Shown: piece by piece, positions 12,448 to 26,669 of the stretch
Layout of the letters: each line of letters opens with the position of its first letter
Position numbering within the stretch: the first letter of the stretch is position 1
Assembly: GCF_000219175.1 (NCBI RefSeq)
Contig: NC_015735.1
Span: forward strand, 1-32,000
Source of the DNA: Candidatus Moranella endobia PCIT
GTDB lineage: Bacteria > Pseudomonadota > Gammaproteobacteria > Enterobacterales > Enterobacteriaceae
DNA: 32,000 bases
Direction: 5' to 3'
Translations under genes and position numbers: made by a program
Notes under the pieces: generated by a model
Told to the model about the DNA's origin: nothing
Database searches by the model: none
The model's input: the letters and a program-made list of their open reading frames with translations, nothing else

Positions 12448-14064
12448 TTACTTTTTTACCATAGTTTTATAGAAACCACACTTTTTAAGTCCACGATAGA
12501 TTAACTGCTGTTGAATTATTGTTACTAAGTTATTAACGATATAATATAATATCAAACCAGATGGAAGCCATAAAAAAAATACAGTAAAAATTAAAGGCAT
12601 AAATGTCATAATTTTTTGCTGCCTAGATGATTTAGTGACGTTGTTAGTATGTGATATATTCTGAATTAATAAGATAGTAATACCCATAATTATGGGTAAT
12701 ACGTAATAAGGATCTTGAGAAGAAAGATCATGTATCCACAGCATAAAAGATGCATGGCGTAATTCAATAGAGTTAGAAAGAACATGATATAGTGCGAGAA
12801 ATATTGGCATTTGAATTAACATCGGCAGTAAACTACTAAGTGGATTAATATTTTCCTTATTGTATAAAGCGATTATTTCCTGGTTCTGACGCTGCTTATC
12901 ATTTAAAAAACGTTCACGTATTGCTGATATTTTTGGTTGCAAAATACGTATTTTAGCTATTGAAGTATACTGTGACTTTGTTATCGGATACATAATAATA
13001 CGGATAATAAAGGTAATGATAATAATAGAAAATCCCCAGTTACTAATATAATGATGAATATATTTCATAAAATATAACATTGATTGGGAAATAAATCGCA
13101 GTAAGCCATAATCCACTACTAGATCAAGATTTTTAGCAATATTTACCATTCTATTCTTTATCTCAGGACCAAGCCATAAAGAAGCCTGCAACTCACTTTG
13201 ATTACCTGCCGCAATAGTAACAGGAGAGGACTTAAAACCAACCACAACATGTCTATTATCATAATTTGAAGCATAAAAATTTTTAGTACCTGAAGTAAAT
13301 GGCACCCAGACAACAGAAAAATATTTTTGTAACATTGCAATCCAACCAATATTAGTATTCAAGAATAGATTACATTTATTAAGTTCTTTAAAATTATATT
13401 TTTTATATTTTTTGTAGGTAGTAGAATAAGCAATGCGACGGAACATATGCGACGATGATAAATTATTGCTAAGAAATGTATCTGGTAAATTCATCGATTG
13501 TTTTAGTTGACCAAATAACATAAAATTAAGTGGTTTAGTGCTAGTATTATTGATGTAATAATTAACAGTTAAAGCAAAATCACTACGTTTTAAAATAAAG
13601 GTTTTAGTATATATTATATTATTAGCAGTATATGTTAATGGTACTAATAATTCATGCTGGTTATTTTCTAGAACATAAATATCTTGTTTAGAAGTATACA
13701 GTGGACGATTACCATTTACGAGGTTATCCAGTCCATTTTCACCGATTAGGCCACTTTGTGCATGATAAACAAATTCTTTAGAAGAATCTAATAAATGGAC
13801 AGGTTTTGGTGAATCTAATTCATTAGAATAGGGTAATAGCAAAGCTTGCTCGATATCACCACCATAAGTATTTATTTGTAAAGATAACACATCAGTTTTA
13901 ACAGTAATAATCTTACCTAAACTATCTGTTAATATAGTAGCCAACTGTTGCCTATTTTGAGGATTAGACAACTGGTAAACAGAAAAATCCATATTAACAT
14001 ACTGACATATAATACATAATATGCACATTATAGTAATTAAAAGTAAATTACGTTGTAAAGTCAT
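12448..14064 (-). CDS. yidC: Membrane protein insertase YidC
   Basis: 538-aa ORF with an N-terminal TM segment, a large periplasmic domain and the conserved C-terminal 5-TM core (...WGFSIIIITFIIRIIMYPITK...QPKISAIRERF...). Conserved rnpA-yidD-yidC-mnmE order. Confidence 0.93.
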   Translation of the reverse strand: MTLQRNLLLITIMCILCIICQYVNMDFSVYQLSNPQNRQQLATILTDSLGKIITVKTDVLSLQINTYGGDIEQALLLPYSNELDSPKPVHLLDSSKEFVYHAQSGLIGENGLDNLVNGNRPLYTSKQDIYVLENNQHELLVPLTYTANNIIYTKTFILKRSDFALTVNYYINNTSTKPLNFMLFGQLKQSMNLPDTFLSNNLSSSHMFRRIAYSTTYKKYKKYNFKELNKCNLFLNTNIGWIAMLQKYFSVVWVPFTSGTKNFYASNYDNRHVVVGFKSSPVTIAAGNQSELQASLWLGPEIKNRMVNIAKNLDLVVDYGLLRFISQSMLYFMKYIHHYISNWGFSIIIITFIIRIIMYPITKSQYTSIAKIRILQPKISAIRERFLNDKQRQNQEIIALYNKENINPLSSLLPMLIQMPIFLALYHVLSNSIELRHASFMLWIHDLSSQDPYYVLPIIMGITILLIQNISHTNNVTKSSRQQKIMTFMPLIFTVFFLWLPSGLILYYIVNNLVTIIQQQLIYRGLKKCGFYKTMVKK

Positions 14065-14122
14065 TATGAATGTTTTCTATAGTTAAATAGTTTTAACAAA
14101 ATGAGATATTCACTACATTTGC

Positions 14123-14290
14123 TTAAATTAAATGGTGACATTTTCATAATCTTTTAACTGTTAAAATTACCTTTAACGAACTCAATAAACGCTCAATACC
14201 GTACTTTAAACAAATAGAAAAAAACCAATAAGTAGTACCAAAGTAGTACCAATTGACGACGCATGGATAAACTGATATCAAACTAATCAA
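14123..14290 (-). pseudogene. yidD: Decayed yidD (membrane protein insertion efficiency factor)
   Basis: Minus-strand translation shows YidD-like blocks split across frames. LISL, then in the +1 frame YQFIHASSIGTT, then back in frame YWFFSICLKYGIERLLSSLKVILTVKRL, then an in-frame TGA (14144-14146), then KCHHLI*. Recalled E. coli YidD is [58 protein letters not shown]. Removing one copy of the 11-bp tandem repeat restores collinearity. There is no ATG start. Confidence 0.6.
14230..14251. repeat. Exact 11-bp tandem duplication (aagtagtacca x2) inside the yidD relic
   Basis: Copies at 14230-14240 and 14241-14251 are identical. The unit length is not a multiple of 3. Confidence 0.9.
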
Positions 14291-14308
14291 AAAAACTAAA
14301 CAAGAAGG

Positions 14309-14665
14309 CTAATTATAGTACCAGAATTTTTCTAACATCTTATTTAGTGCATAGTTATCCAGATCGACAACATTTTTTTTAATTATAACAATAAAATCCA
14401 TAGAAAGCATAATGTGTTTATTTAAACGAAAACTTTCACGTATTAAGCGTTTAATTCTATTTCGTTCATGAGCTTGTTTAACAATTTTTTTTGCAACCGT
14501 CAAACCAAGACGAGGACGACCTAGCGTATTCATACGACTTAAAATATTGAAATACTTTGTGCCACTACGTTTAGATTGCTGAAAGACAAAAGCAAAATTA
14601 TCAGCATTTAATAATCTTGATTCTCGGGAGAATGTAAATTGAACCACAGAATTTGTAATATTCAC
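14309..14665 (-). CDS. rnpA: Ribonuclease P protein component
   Basis: Conserved RLG.TVAKK......RNRIKR..RE.FR core. The ORF-track start at 14665 is a GTG 1 nt after the rpmH stop. A second in-frame GTG at 14647 gives [13 protein letters not shown], aligning with E. coli MVKLAFPRELRLL, and may be the true start. Confidence 0.9.
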   Translation of the reverse strand: MNITNSVVQFTFSRESRLLNADNFAFVFQQSKRSGTKYFNILSRMNTLGRPRLGLTVAKKIVKQAHERNRIKRLIRESFRLNKHIMLSMDFIVIIKKNVVDLDNYALNKMLEKFWYYN

Positions 14666-14666
14666 T

Positions 14667-14816
14667 TTAGGTTATTTTAGTAGATACAGTTAGACGTATG
14701 CGACCTTTTACACGACGACGAGCCAAAACTTGACGACCATTATTAGTTGACATACGAGCACGAAAACCGTGGGTACGGTTACGTTTTAATATAGAAGGTT
14801 GAAAAGTACGTTTCAT
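14667..14816 (-). CDS. rpmH: 50S ribosomal protein L34
   Basis: Below the ORF-track size cutoff. Hand translation gives [49 protein letters not shown]. Recalled E. coli L34 is [46 protein letters not shown]. Confidence 0.93.
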   Translation of the reverse strand: MKRTFQPSILKRNRTHGFRARMSTNNGRQVLARRRVKGRIRLTVSTKIT

Positions 14817-14956
14817 ATAAATTTTACCTGATTTTACTTGTTTATAAAACTAAACTATAATTTTAATTATATTGTATAGTTTCTAATTAATTAGATATAT
14901 TCAGCATAATTTTAAACATTAAATAGTATGTAATTAATTACATTAATGAAAGTAAT

Positions 14957-14975
14957 ACTTCTTGTGTATAGAAGT
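14957..14975 (-). terminator. Weak hairpin just downstream of the priA stop (acttct-N7-agaagt)
   Basis: 6-bp inverted repeat with only a short interrupted T-tract following on the minus strand. Low specificity in AT-rich DNA. Confidence 0.25.
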
Positions 14976-14982
14976 TATATTA

Positions 14983-17142
<2,160 letters not shown>

Positions 17143-17236
17143 CTAGTAGAAAATACTCATTGTATATACACTGTGTTATCTTTTATATATGAATTAGATA
17201 TTATAAATCATTAACGTTTTCTCCATGCTCTGTCTT

Positions 17237-17253
17237 TGATATCATCGATATCA
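17237..17253. promoter_or_regulatory. Operator-like element in the priA/rpmE divergent promoter region: tgatatc-atc-gatatca (also readable as gatatcat x2, period 9)
   Basis: 7-bp inverted arms separated by 3 nt, read directly. No known binding protein is assigned. Confidence 0.2.
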
Positions 17254-17336
17254 TTGCAGCAGTAAAATGCTAAATATTCGGTATTGAGTTTAAATAAAAT
17301 TTTTATCAATCCATCCATATTAATATGAGGTTTTAC

Positions 17337-17552
17337 ATGCAAAAAAATATTCACCCAAAATACAGAGACATTACTGCAACTTGTTCTTGCGGTAATGTTA
17401 TAAAAACCAAATCTACCTTAAGCTATGATTTAAACCTAGACGTATGTAGTGTTTGTCATCCATTTTATACTGGTAAACAACGTTTTATTGATACCGGCGG
17501 TCGTGTTGAACGTTTTAACAAACGTTTTCACATCCCAGAAAGCAAAAAATAA
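17337..17552 (+). CDS. rpmE: 50S ribosomal protein L31 (zinc-ribbon type)
   Basis: The ORF track starts at 17325. The ATG at 17337 (GAGG 6 nt upstream) gives [20 protein letters not shown]..., matching E. coli [20 protein letters not shown]. The CxC...CxxC cysteines are retained. Confidence 0.93.
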   Translation: MQKNIHPKYRDITATCSCGNVIKTKSTLSYDLNLDVCSVCHPFYTGKQRFIDTGGRVERFNKRFHIPESKK

Positions 17553-18135
17553 TTTATCTGCTAGTTAAAATAAAAACTTCAGCCACTGATAATCAGTGTT
17601 TAGTTAAATTATTTTTTTTTGCAAAATACTATTTTATATATAGGATGAAATATTTTTAGGTAGGCTAGGTAGGCAACACAAAATCAAACTACCATAACTA
17701 TGAACTATGCTAGAATGAATTAGTAATAATCCATTATGATAAAAAAGTGCTAATAAAGTTTGGTGGAATAACTCTAATAATATTGAGATATAACCTAAGC
17801 CTAATTTCTTTATTAATTAATTACTTAGCTTGAAGACTAACAGAACTGATAGTATTTAAGGTAGCTTAAATACTAATTTAAGCGATTATACTAAAGTATT
17901 TAAAGGCAATAATTGCTTGGTATTATAAATAATAATTTGACTAGTAATTAATTTTACGGAAATGTATATACATTGCAAACATTATAGTATTCTTATGTAT
18001 AAGCTATAATTATTTTTTTGCTACAGCTTATCAGCCTTGTTTTTCCCTCCATCAAGAAAACTATCAATATAGTTATCGAAAATACATTAACAACTAATAA
18101 TAGTTATCTAACCTAATATTGCTCTAATAAATATT

Positions 18136-19239
18136 ATGCAATTTATCGTTGAACGTGAACATTTGATTAAGTCTATACAACAGGTAAGTGGAATGTTGGT
18201 AGTTCGTCCAACCTTACCAATTTTAAGTCATGTACTATTACAGGTAACAGAAAATAGCTTATTAATCACTGGTACAGATTTATCAATTGAAATTATTGCG
18301 CGAGTTGTAATTAGTAATACTAATGATTTTGGCAAGATAACAGTACCAGCACGTAAGTTTTTTGATATTTGCCGTTGCATGCCAGAAAAAGCAGAAATAG
18401 CATTTAATATAGAGAATGAAAGAATGATCATTCGTTCTGGGCGAATACGCTATTCACTTGTCACGTTACCTGCATCTAATTTTCCTAATTTAGATTATTG
18501 TCAAAGTTATGAGGAGTTTACGTTATCACAATCGATTTTCAAAAGAGCAATTGAATCTACTCAATTCTCAATGGCCAATCAAGATATACGTCACTACCTT
18601 AATGGTATGCTGTTTGAGACAGAAGGGAGGGAATTACGTATAGTGGCTACTGATGGACACCGTCTAGCAAAATATACTATTTTGCTCAATGAAACACTAC
18701 CATACCAATCTATCATTGTACCGCGTAAAGGGGTGATAGAGTTAGTACGCATGTTAAATGAACGGATACAATTATTGAAAATAAAAATTGGTGATAACAA
18801 TCTCCGTGCGATAATAAGTAATTATATTTTTACATCTAAACTAGTTAATGGTCGTTTCCCTGATTATAACCGCGTTTTACATCATAATAATTCTGATAAA
18901 ATACTTGAGGTAGAATGTGATTTACTTAGACAGGCATTTACTAGGGCATCAATACTTTCTCATGAAAAGTTTCGCAGCGTACAGCTTAATCTAAGCCACA
19001 ACCAGTTAAAGATAACTGCCCATAATATGGAACAGGAAGAAACTGAAGAAATACTCGATGTCGATTATCAAGACCGTACTATAGTAATCAGTTTTAATGC
19101 TAGTTACATACTGGATGTGCTTAATGTTCTAAAATGCAAGGTAGTAAGGTTGCTACTGACAGATGAAACATCGAGTGTGCAGATTGAAGATAGCGCTAAC
19201 ACAGCTGCAAAATATGTAGTTATGCCAATACGGATGTAG
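18136..19239 (+). CDS. dnaN: DNA polymerase III beta sliding clamp
   Basis: 367-aa ORF collinear with E. coli DnaN (M.F.VEREHL.K..QQVSG....RPTLPIL...LLQV...; C-terminal YVVMPIRM). Confidence 0.96.
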   Translation: MQFIVEREHLIKSIQQVSGMLVVRPTLPILSHVLLQVTENSLLITGTDLSIEIIARVVISNTNDFGKITVPARKFFDICRCMPEKAEIAFNIENERMIIRSGRIRYSLVTLPASNFPNLDYCQSYEEFTLSQSIFKRAIESTQFSMANQDIRHYLNGMLFETEGRELRIVATDGHRLAKYTILLNETLPYQSIIVPRKGVIELVRMLNERIQLLKIKIGDNNLRAIISNYIFTSKLVNGRFPDYNRVLHHNNSDKILEVECDLLRQAFTRASILSHEKFRSVQLNLSHNQLKITAHNMEQEETEEILDVDYQDRTIVISFNASYILDVLNVLKCKVVRLLLTDETSSVQIEDSANTAAKYVVMPIRM

Positions 19240-19525
19240 TAAATGCTAATATACAGATAGAAATAAAATTTGTATTATAATATTAGTAGAAAAACAATCT
19301 ACAACACTTACATGCTATTTGTATTTAATATGCAATTTTAGTTTCAATTGTTAAAAGTTGAGGTATTTTATTCTAATACTACTCTATATTAGATAAGTAT
19401 TTAAGCCGTTTTAGGAGCTATCTGGGTCAATTGAGGAAGAATCAAAAGAATTAAATCTGTAATGTTACCAATTAGAAACTAATCTATCGTAGTTAGCACA
19501 TAACTATAAAGTTTATACTAAGTGA

Positions 19526-21949
<2,424 letters not shown>

Positions 21950-22006
21950 TTAATAAAACTGATACAATTATATTTAGATTAATTAATATTGTATTCATAA
22001 TACTCT

Positions 22007-22079
22007 GCCGATATAGCTCAAATGGTAGAGCAACGCATTCGTAATGCGAAGGTTATAGGTTCAACTCCTATTATCGGCA
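22007..22079 (+). tRNA. thrW: tRNA-Thr (CGU); 3' CCA not encoded (TAT follows the discriminator)
   Basis: GCCGATATAGCTCAAATGGTAGAGCAACGCATTCGTAATGCGAAGGTTATAGGTTCAACTCCTATTATCGGCA. Nearly identical to recalled E. coli thrW. Anticodon loop TTCGTAA. Confidence 0.93.
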
Positions 22080-22834
22080 TATTTAACTTAATAGCGTATT
22101 TAAATAAGTGAAATGTTCATTACTCCGCAAATGACTATGCCCTTTTAAAGAAAATATATATATTATGGATATATATGTTTGTTAAGAAGGATTGTTAATA
22201 TCCTACATATTTTTACAACATCACCTGTATTATTAGATAATTTATAAACGGAATCTTTAAGCAAATTGCTTACGCGCGCATTGCTGTTAGTAACAATGCT
22301 TTTCTTTTACCACTAATTTTATGGCAAACAACTTAAAATTTTTATAATTAACGTTTAGTACTCAGATTTAAGCATGTATTGAAAATACAATTATAAATAA
22401 TATTAAATAATAGCAGTTATATAACGCATCCAATAAATAAATTACTAGTAGCCCCAATATCTATCTTCCTAATACTATTAATAACCTTAATAACTATTAA
22501 GTAATTGAAATTTTACCGCAAAAGTATAATTTAAAACTAATATTGCTAATAAATCTTATTTAAGTTCTTTTAACTAAAATTTTAATTTTGCTGAAGATAT
22601 CTAAATCATTTATTTATTTTATAGTTTTGCAAAAAAATAGCTAGTTAAATAAAAAACTTGAACTGACACTGTGCAATACAGCAATATTATTACTTCATAC
22701 TATCTTGTAATGTTCCTTGTAATATTACATCAGGTAATGGATCATATGAAAATTTGCGAAATATTACTGACTAGTCATAGAGAATTTAATTTTCGTAAGT
22801 ACTAGAAATTTTATTAACAACAGGAAGAAAAACT

Positions 22835-23848
22835 ATGTCAGTATTACATAATAAAATATGTAATCAGGAATTACGGGCTAGGATGCTAGCTGAAACTGAA
22901 CCCCGGATCACGGTTTCTTTTTACAAATATTTTACCATTAATGACCCACATAATTTCCGTGATGATCTTTACCAAAAATTTATAAAGTTACAGGTTTTCG
23001 GACGAATATATATCGCCGCAGAAGGTATTAATGCGCAAATCAGTGTGCCACAAAATTATTTTAGTACATTGCGCAATATTATATATACCGCACATCAACA
23101 GTTGGATAAACTACGTTTAAACGTGGCCTTAGAAGATAACAGTAAATCATTCTGGGTTCTGCGCATGAAAATAAGATCACGTATCATTAATGATGGTATT
23201 GAAGATTCATCATTTAATCCAACGCAAGTTGGAATTTATCTAAAAGCGGAAGAAGTTAACACTATGACGCATAATCCAGATGCGCTATTTGTTGATATAC
23301 GCAATCATTATGAATATGACATAGGTCATTTTGAGCATGCTATTAGAATGCCGGCTAATACGTTTCGTGAACAGCTATCACTAATAGTTGATATTCTACG
23401 ACAAGAGAAAAATAGAAAAATTATTCTTTATTGTACGGGTGGTATACGCTGCGAAAAAGCCAGCGCCTGGCTGTTGCATAAAGGCTTTAAAAAAGTGTAT
23501 CAAGTAGAAGGAGGAATTATTGAATATACTCGAAGAGCAAGGGAAAAAGGTCTGCCCTTGAAATTTATTGGTAAAAATTTTGTATTTGATGAACGTTTGG
23601 GCGAGCGTATTACAACAGATATTATTGCTAATTGCCAACAATGCCATACTTCTTGCGACAACTATACTAATTGCGGCAATCATAATTGCCATGTATTATT
23701 TATACAATGTCCAGTTTGCGCTAGTAAATTTGATGGTTGCTGTAGTCTTACATGCAAAAAAGAACTTGTTATTGCTAATACTGTTAGCAGTACTAAAACT
23801 ACTTCTGATCGGAAGCAGATCATGAGTAAAAGTAATTGCTACTTATAA
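22835..23848 (+). CDS. trhO: tRNA uridine(34) hydroxylase, rhodanese-domain protein TrhO (YceA)
   Basis: 337-aa ORF collinear with recalled E. coli YceA ([30 protein letters not shown], active-site [25 protein letters not shown], Cys-rich C-terminus). Confidence 0.9.
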   Translation: MSVLHNKICNQELRARMLAETEPRITVSFYKYFTINDPHNFRDDLYQKFIKLQVFGRIYIAAEGINAQISVPQNYFSTLRNIIYTAHQQLDKLRLNVALEDNSKSFWVLRMKIRSRIINDGIEDSSFNPTQVGIYLKAEEVNTMTHNPDALFVDIRNHYEYDIGHFEHAIRMPANTFREQLSLIVDILRQEKNRKIILYCTGGIRCEKASAWLLHKGFKKVYQVEGGIIEYTRRAREKGLPLKFIGKNFVFDERLGERITTDIIANCQQCHTSCDNYTNCGNHNCHVLFIQCPVCASKFDGCCSLTCKKELVIANTVSSTKTTSDRKQIMSKSNCYL

Positions 23849-24364
23849 AGTAATTCTTGAACAGATAACCATACTATTGCTTACCTTGAATTTGTCAATT
23901 TAGACGCATTTGAATTCTATTTTATAGAATAGAATGTACATATAAACTATACTTATTACTATTGATTATATTAACTAATCTACACTAAGAAATTACACAA
24001 CTCTTATAATATAAGGTAAAATTATTACTTAGCAACACATAAATTTATCATGTACTGCAATATTGGTATTAATTTTGGAAGAATTTTCCTTTTTTTTTTA
24101 AAAAAAAACTTGCCATTCTTTGCAGATTATGTGATAACAAAATTTGGTAAAATGAGGTACAGTTCTGCATATGAGTGGTATTTTTAAATCAACTAGTTTT
24201 ACGTTTAGGCGATTTTGTTGCATACGACTTTTCTTCTACTTCTATGCCAATACTAATCTGAGTACCTCACATAGTATAGTAATGAATAATGAATAAATTA
24301 TGACTCTATTTATTGCTAAAAAATTGCTTTAATTAGATTTGCAAACTCCAAAGGAAATAAGTAA

Positions 24365-24574
24365 ATGGCAAAGATCAAAGGTCAAGTTAAGTGGTTCAAC
24401 GAATCGAAAGGTTTTGGTTTTATCACGCCTACTGATGGAAGTAAGGATGTTTTCGTTCACTTTTCTGCTATTCAGGGTAACGGCTTCAAAACTCTAACGG
24501 AAGGTCAGAATGTTGAATTTGAGATTCAGGATGGTCAGAAAGGACCTTCAGCAGCAAATGTAACTGCCTTATAA
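24365..24574 (+). CDS. cspC: Cold-shock-domain protein, CspC-like
   Basis: 69 aa: [69 protein letters not shown]. Differs at only a handful of positions from recalled E. coli CspC. RNP1 and RNP2 motifs are present. Confidence 0.93.
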   Translation: MAKIKGQVKWFNESKGFGFITPTDGSKDVFVHFSAIQGNGFKTLTEGQNVEFEIQDGQKGPSAANVTAL

Positions 24575-24627
24575 GAAAAGTTACAGTAATTTAATAAATA
24601 TTTTTACTTACAGATAGCATCTAAGTC

Positions 24628-24661
24628 TCCCTGCAGGTTTCTAGCCAGCAGGGAAGATTTT
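24628..24661 (+). terminator. Candidate intrinsic terminator downstream of cspC
   Basis: tccctgc (24628-24634) pairs with gcaggga (24648-24654), a GC-containing 7-bp stem with a 13-nt loop, followed by agatttta. It is the only GC-rich hairpin in this spacer. Confidence 0.5.
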
Positions 24662-24835
24662 ATAAAAAATACGTTTTTTACTTTGTTAAAATCTAATGAC
24701 AATACGTACCTAATCAAATGTTCCCATAGCATTATTTCAGTAAAATTAAAATAACTATACCAAAGCAAGCGTATTACTTTTAATTCCAATATTATAGCTG
24801 TCTTAATAAAGTTGCATTAGTAGCAAACTTTATTT

Positions 24836-25438
24836 TCAACTACAGTCAAACCAAGCATTTAATTTCTTACGCAGCTTATCAATACCTTGTTTTGTAAGTG
24901 ATGAAAACATTTCAACTTGTATATTATTAACAAAAACCAACGCTGTTTCACGTACTTTAGTTAATTGTAACTTACATGCGCAAGTTGATAGTTTATCTGC
25001 TTTAGTAAGCAGTACTAAGACTGGTAGATTGAATTCCACTGCTAATTGAACTATTTGTTGATCGAGATATTTCATCGGGTAGCGAATATCCATGATCACT
25101 ACTAGTCCTTTGAGACTGGTGCGTTTTTGCAAATATTCGAGCATGGTATTTTGCAACTGAATTTTTATTTTTTCGGGCAATACTGCATAGCCATAACCGG
25201 GAAGATCCACTAATCTTATACCTGGCTCTACTTCAAATATGTTAATTAGCTTAGTATTCCCAGGTATTTTGCTAATTCTGACAAGCTTTTTCTGATTAAT
25301 AAGGGTATTTAGCGCGCTGGATTTACCGACATTAGAAAGCCCAGCAAAAGCAATTTCAATCCCACTATCAATTGGCAAAGAACGAATATTTGGTGCACTA
25401 GTTAAGAAATAGGTTCCATGATAGTTATATTGAGGCAA
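24836..25438 (-). CDS. engB: Ribosome-biogenesis GTPase EngB (YihA)
   Basis: 200-aa [16 protein letters not shown]-loop [30 protein letters not shown]. Collinear with recalled E. coli YihA but lacks its acidic C-terminal tail. Confidence 0.93.
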   Translation of the reverse strand: MPQYNYHGTYFLTSAPNIRSLPIDSGIEIAFAGLSNVGKSSALNTLINQKKLVRISKIPGNTKLINIFEVEPGIRLVDLPGYGYAVLPEKIKIQLQNTMLEYLQKRTSLKGLVVIMDIRYPMKYLDQQIVQLAVEFNLPVLVLLTKADKLSTCACKLQLTKVRETALVFVNNIQVEMFSSLTKQGIDKLRKKLNAWFDCS

Positions 25439-26669
25439 TATTCTTCTCTCTATTTAAATTAGTATTAGCTATTCATAAATAATATTTTTCTTAATAGTTT
25501 TAAACTTGTTCACATACTTACAATCATTTACTGCCAAAAAAACAGCAAAATGTTATGTGGGTTTGCCGTAAATATTAATTATTATAAAATATTTTATTTA
25601 AACTTAAAGCGAATCACTTTAACTTAAATTCATATTTAAATTAATTTACCTAATCTAAATTAGGTAAATACCCTTCTAAAGGTAATAGTGCATAACATAA
25701 TACTCTACCTCTAAACCAAGGTTAGTATTATCACTAAACACCATCGCATAAAAATTAAATTCAGTAAAAGTTACCCTATTTACACCATTGAACAAGCAAG
25801 CCTTATATAGTGATATCAGCGAACAATCAATAACAACGCAGCTATAGCAATTGAGCAGGCTGCTAAATTTAGCGCTAAAACAAATAAAAAGATCAAGAAA
25901 AGAAAATTATTATTTATAACATAAAATCAAGAATAAAATACAAACCGTTAAAAGAACGTCATTGCTAACAGTTAGTTAGGCATAGAAGAATAAATATTCA
26001 TTTTAAATCATATTTAGTATCAATTTTATTCTGTAATTTGAATACACATGGATTTTAAATATTAAACAATTTCAATAACTTATATTTATATAACTAATAA
26101 TCAAACTTAATAAGATATATTTATTATGATCTATAATACAAATATAACAATAATAAAGTTAGAAACAAAAAATACTATTAATTCTGTTACTTGGAATGGT
26201 TTATAGGTTTACTCATTAACAAATAATTTACTGATCAATCGTGATTAATAATGCTCGCATCCATAACTTACTTAGTAAGTATACAAAATTTTAAATTAGG
26301 GGTGGTTACATTAAAAATACTAATTTGTATTATTAATACTAGTTAAAATTTTCACAGTCAGCAAACACGATTATTAACCAAAACATATCAAGATACAACA
26401 TATCTTGAATTAGCTAAATGCATAAGTAGTAAAGTAATAAGAAAATTACTCGCTAGTAGGAGATAGCTGAGCTGGCGCTAATTAACTCATTTAACATTAG
26501 ATACATGTAAACTATATATGTATATGCTAAGCTCTGATTGTTTTTGAAAAGGTAAAAATAATAATAACCATAAGTCTTTTGACAACCATTACCCAATACA
26601 TAGGGATTTTAAATCTGTGAGGAGTTAAACTTTTATCCAAAGGAATTATTAATAGAAGAACCGTATTTT

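Noticed and set aside
14144-14146. Possibility that the in-frame TGA in yidD is read as Trp (genetic-code change, as in some tiny symbiont genomes)
   Set aside because: TGA is clearly used as a stop elsewhere in the window: rnc ends ...ELT-TGA at 3553-3555 and the pdxJ tail ends in TGA at its native position. In addition, the yidD TGA aligns with a Leu, not a Trp.
17584-17620. Hairpin cactga-taa-tcagtg after rpmE as an intrinsic terminator
   Set aside because: The stem is only 6 bp with a 3-nt loop, and the T9 run starts 13 nt downstream of the stem. Too weak to call.
17851-17874. Perfect 10-bp stem / 4-nt loop hairpins in spacers: agtatttaag-gtag-cttaaatact here, and tttacctaat-ctaa-attaggtaaa at 25645-25668
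   Set aside because: A rough estimate suggests about one such perfect AT-rich inverted repeat is expected by chance in the roughly 6 kb of 20% GC spacer. There is no flanking T-run and no shared sequence between the two.
18021-18110. Possible dnaA C-terminal relic just upstream of dnaN (frame reading ...PSIKKTINIVIENTLTTNNSYLT* versus E. coli ...HDIKEDFSNLIRTLSS*)
   Set aside because: Only about 4-5 loosely matching residues, and a gap is needed. Another FGG-containing frame at about 17760 is at the wrong distance. This cannot be distinguished from chance by eye and needs a frameshift-tolerant HMM search.
24604-24789. 61-aa minus-strand ORF in the cspC-engB spacer
   Set aside because: No SD and an AT-rich, low-complexity translation. 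It spans the cspC terminator hairpin. Most likely a chance ORF.
25847-25900. Possible polA remnant (frame AIEQAAKFSAKTNKKIKKRK versus PolA ..LSFRGAKTMAAKLEQNKE..)
   Set aside because: The match is very short and lysine-rich in AT-rich DNA. Not supportable without a database search.
26633-26641. 8/9 DnaA-box-like ttatccaaa 29 nt upstream of the dnaB start
   Set aside because: A single imperfect site in 20% GC DNA is expected by chance. There is no cluster and no evidence that dnaA even exists in this genome.
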